A stretch of DNA of 63,286 nucleotides, counting the filler, from Bonamia ostreae (Eukaryota), in assembly GCA_040357525.1 (NCBI GenBank). It is 53 parts of 53 records of this genome, joined end to end, with 100 filler letters (N's around TTAATTAATTAA, not from the genome) between each part and the next. Parts side by side here need not be neighbours in the genome. Positions count along the whole stretch, not along the records: positions 61,009 to 62,097 come from JBDODL010002749.1; positions 62,198 to 63,286 come from JBDODL010002750.1; 51 more parts are not named here. The stretch is one strand, 5' to 3'. How positions within the stretch are numbered: the stretch's first letter is position 1; the number at the start of each line of letters is the position of its first letter. Shown here piece after piece: positions 62,009 through 63,286 of the stretch. The notes under the pieces are model-generated. The model ran no database searches, was not told the origin of the DNA, and saw nothing but the letters and a program-made list of their open reading frames with translations. Both the position numbers and the translations under genes were made by a program.

Positions 62009-63286
62009 TGATTTAATATAATAAAATGTTAAAGAAAAGAGGGAATGGACTGCTGTGTACAATATACAAATACAAGGGGCATGGAATCTATCAAAAANNN
62101 NNNNNNNNNNNNNNNNNNNNNNNNNNNNNNNNNNNNNNNNNTTAATTAATTAANNNNNNNNNNNNNNNNNNNNNNNNNNNNNNNNNNNNNNNNNNNNGAT
62201 TCTTGAAATATTTTAAACATTTACAAATAGTTATTTAATATTTTTAAACCATTTCTTGGGAAGGGAGGGGGGGGGGGGTAACCTATGTCCGTAAGCTCAA
62301 AAAGATCCATTTCTACCCTTCAAAGTTTTCCATTCCTTTTTTTTTAATAACTTCCACATTGGAATAGCCATTTTGGAAAATGAAGTAATTCAAAACGTGG
62401 GTGACAGTCTTAAACTCTCCTTGAATATTGCCCCAAAAAATCTCTATATTTTTGTACTTTCTAATGTAGTTTTTCGAATAGAAATCCTGGGTTGCTTGCG
62501 TTCAAAAAATCCATTTTCGAGTACTTGCATCTATTAAAGCTCATGATATTAACATACATGTGCATACACATATCAATTTCATCTAGTTCAAATATATTAA
62601 TTTTTGTTTTGCTATAATAAAAAAAACGTATGCAACGAAAGGAAGTGATATGCATACTCGCATATATTCTTGGGTAAAAAAGATAACATAAAAAGGATTC
62701 GATTTACAGTACCAAATATAATATTTAATGTCCGACCTAACAAATATAGTGTAACTCGAGTACATATCGTTGCTGATAAGACGCACCTTCTTATTTCAAA
62801 TACACCTGCCCTGTCAGGTAAACAAACAATTATTGAAAGTACACGCCCCGTTTAAATTTCTCACGTACATTCAGGAAATTCTCTTGCAACCATTCTCAAT
62901 ATGCTGGTATCATCAGTACACACATATCACCCCACGTTGTCCCGTCCGTTACACCCAGACTAATCATGTCTACTTCAAGTAGTCTGTGATAAGGCAATTG
63001 ATCATCATGTGATCATATTACAAAACACTCTCTACCATCGGCTCATACATTGAAAGAGTAAGGAACGACAACTCTGCATGAAAATTGACTACAAAAACGA
63101 AGGTTAAAACAGTTGTGCAACTTAGATCAATCATTTAAAGTTTTATGTCTAAAGTTTTCTGGAAAAAAATCTCCAGTTTATTTAAGTTTAGTAGAAAGGA
63201 CTATTTCAAGCAATATTATGTGTCATATGCTTTAGATATTACTGTGTGGATAAATTATACTCTATATGCATTATGCATATATGCAA

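Noticed and set aside
1104-62197. Regularly spaced TTAATTAATTAA motif as a biological repeat, and gene neighbourhoods across it
   Set aside because: It is a synthetic six-frame-stop linker between size-sorted contigs. ORFs ending in X...LIN or X...N, and any cross-contig operon such as PIWI beside Gypsy, are artefacts.
62800-63060. Decayed LINE reverse transcriptase on the minus strand
   Set aside because: Only a short LPYHRLL-like resemblance; too weak to support without a search.

Overview
This is not one locus. It is 53 unrelated contigs of about 1.09-1.10 kb, sorted by decreasing length and joined by an artificial 100-bp linker (44 N + TTAATTAATTAA + 44 N), so adjacency across linkers means nothing. 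Three DNA sources are mixed. (1) A gene-dense, AT-rich, highly divergent microbial eukaryote with ultra-short 19-27 nt GT-AG introns. Its recognisable genes are VPS45, a Ser/Thr kinase, HAS1/DDX18, BRAP2, a PZP-domain protein, AMPK gamma, proteasome beta-7, L-asparaginase, TFIIF beta, RPL37, a histidine phosphatase, a PIWI protein, an M13 peptidase, an SLC1 transporter, RPC34, VPS13, RpiA and RFT1. (2) An animal host with conventional GTAAGT-type introns, satellite and SINE-like repeats resembling oyster repeats, and decayed Harbinger, Gypsy and Polinton elements. (3) Three bacteriophage-like contigs: terminase plus portal, a large virion-type protein, and a promoter-led operon of small regulators. 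The mixture suggests a bivalve infected by a reduced protist parasite such as a Bonamia-like haplosporidian; that taxonomy is inference from pattern recognition, not a database result. The most notable signal is the protist splicing system: tiny introns, GTT-rich donors without +5 G, frequent AAG acceptors, in-frame stops in 3n introns, and longer introns built from AG-free minisatellites. Also notable are two head-to-head genes only 48 nt apart and a divergent PIWI protein. All protein calls come from recalled family motifs and need HMM/BLAST confirmation.
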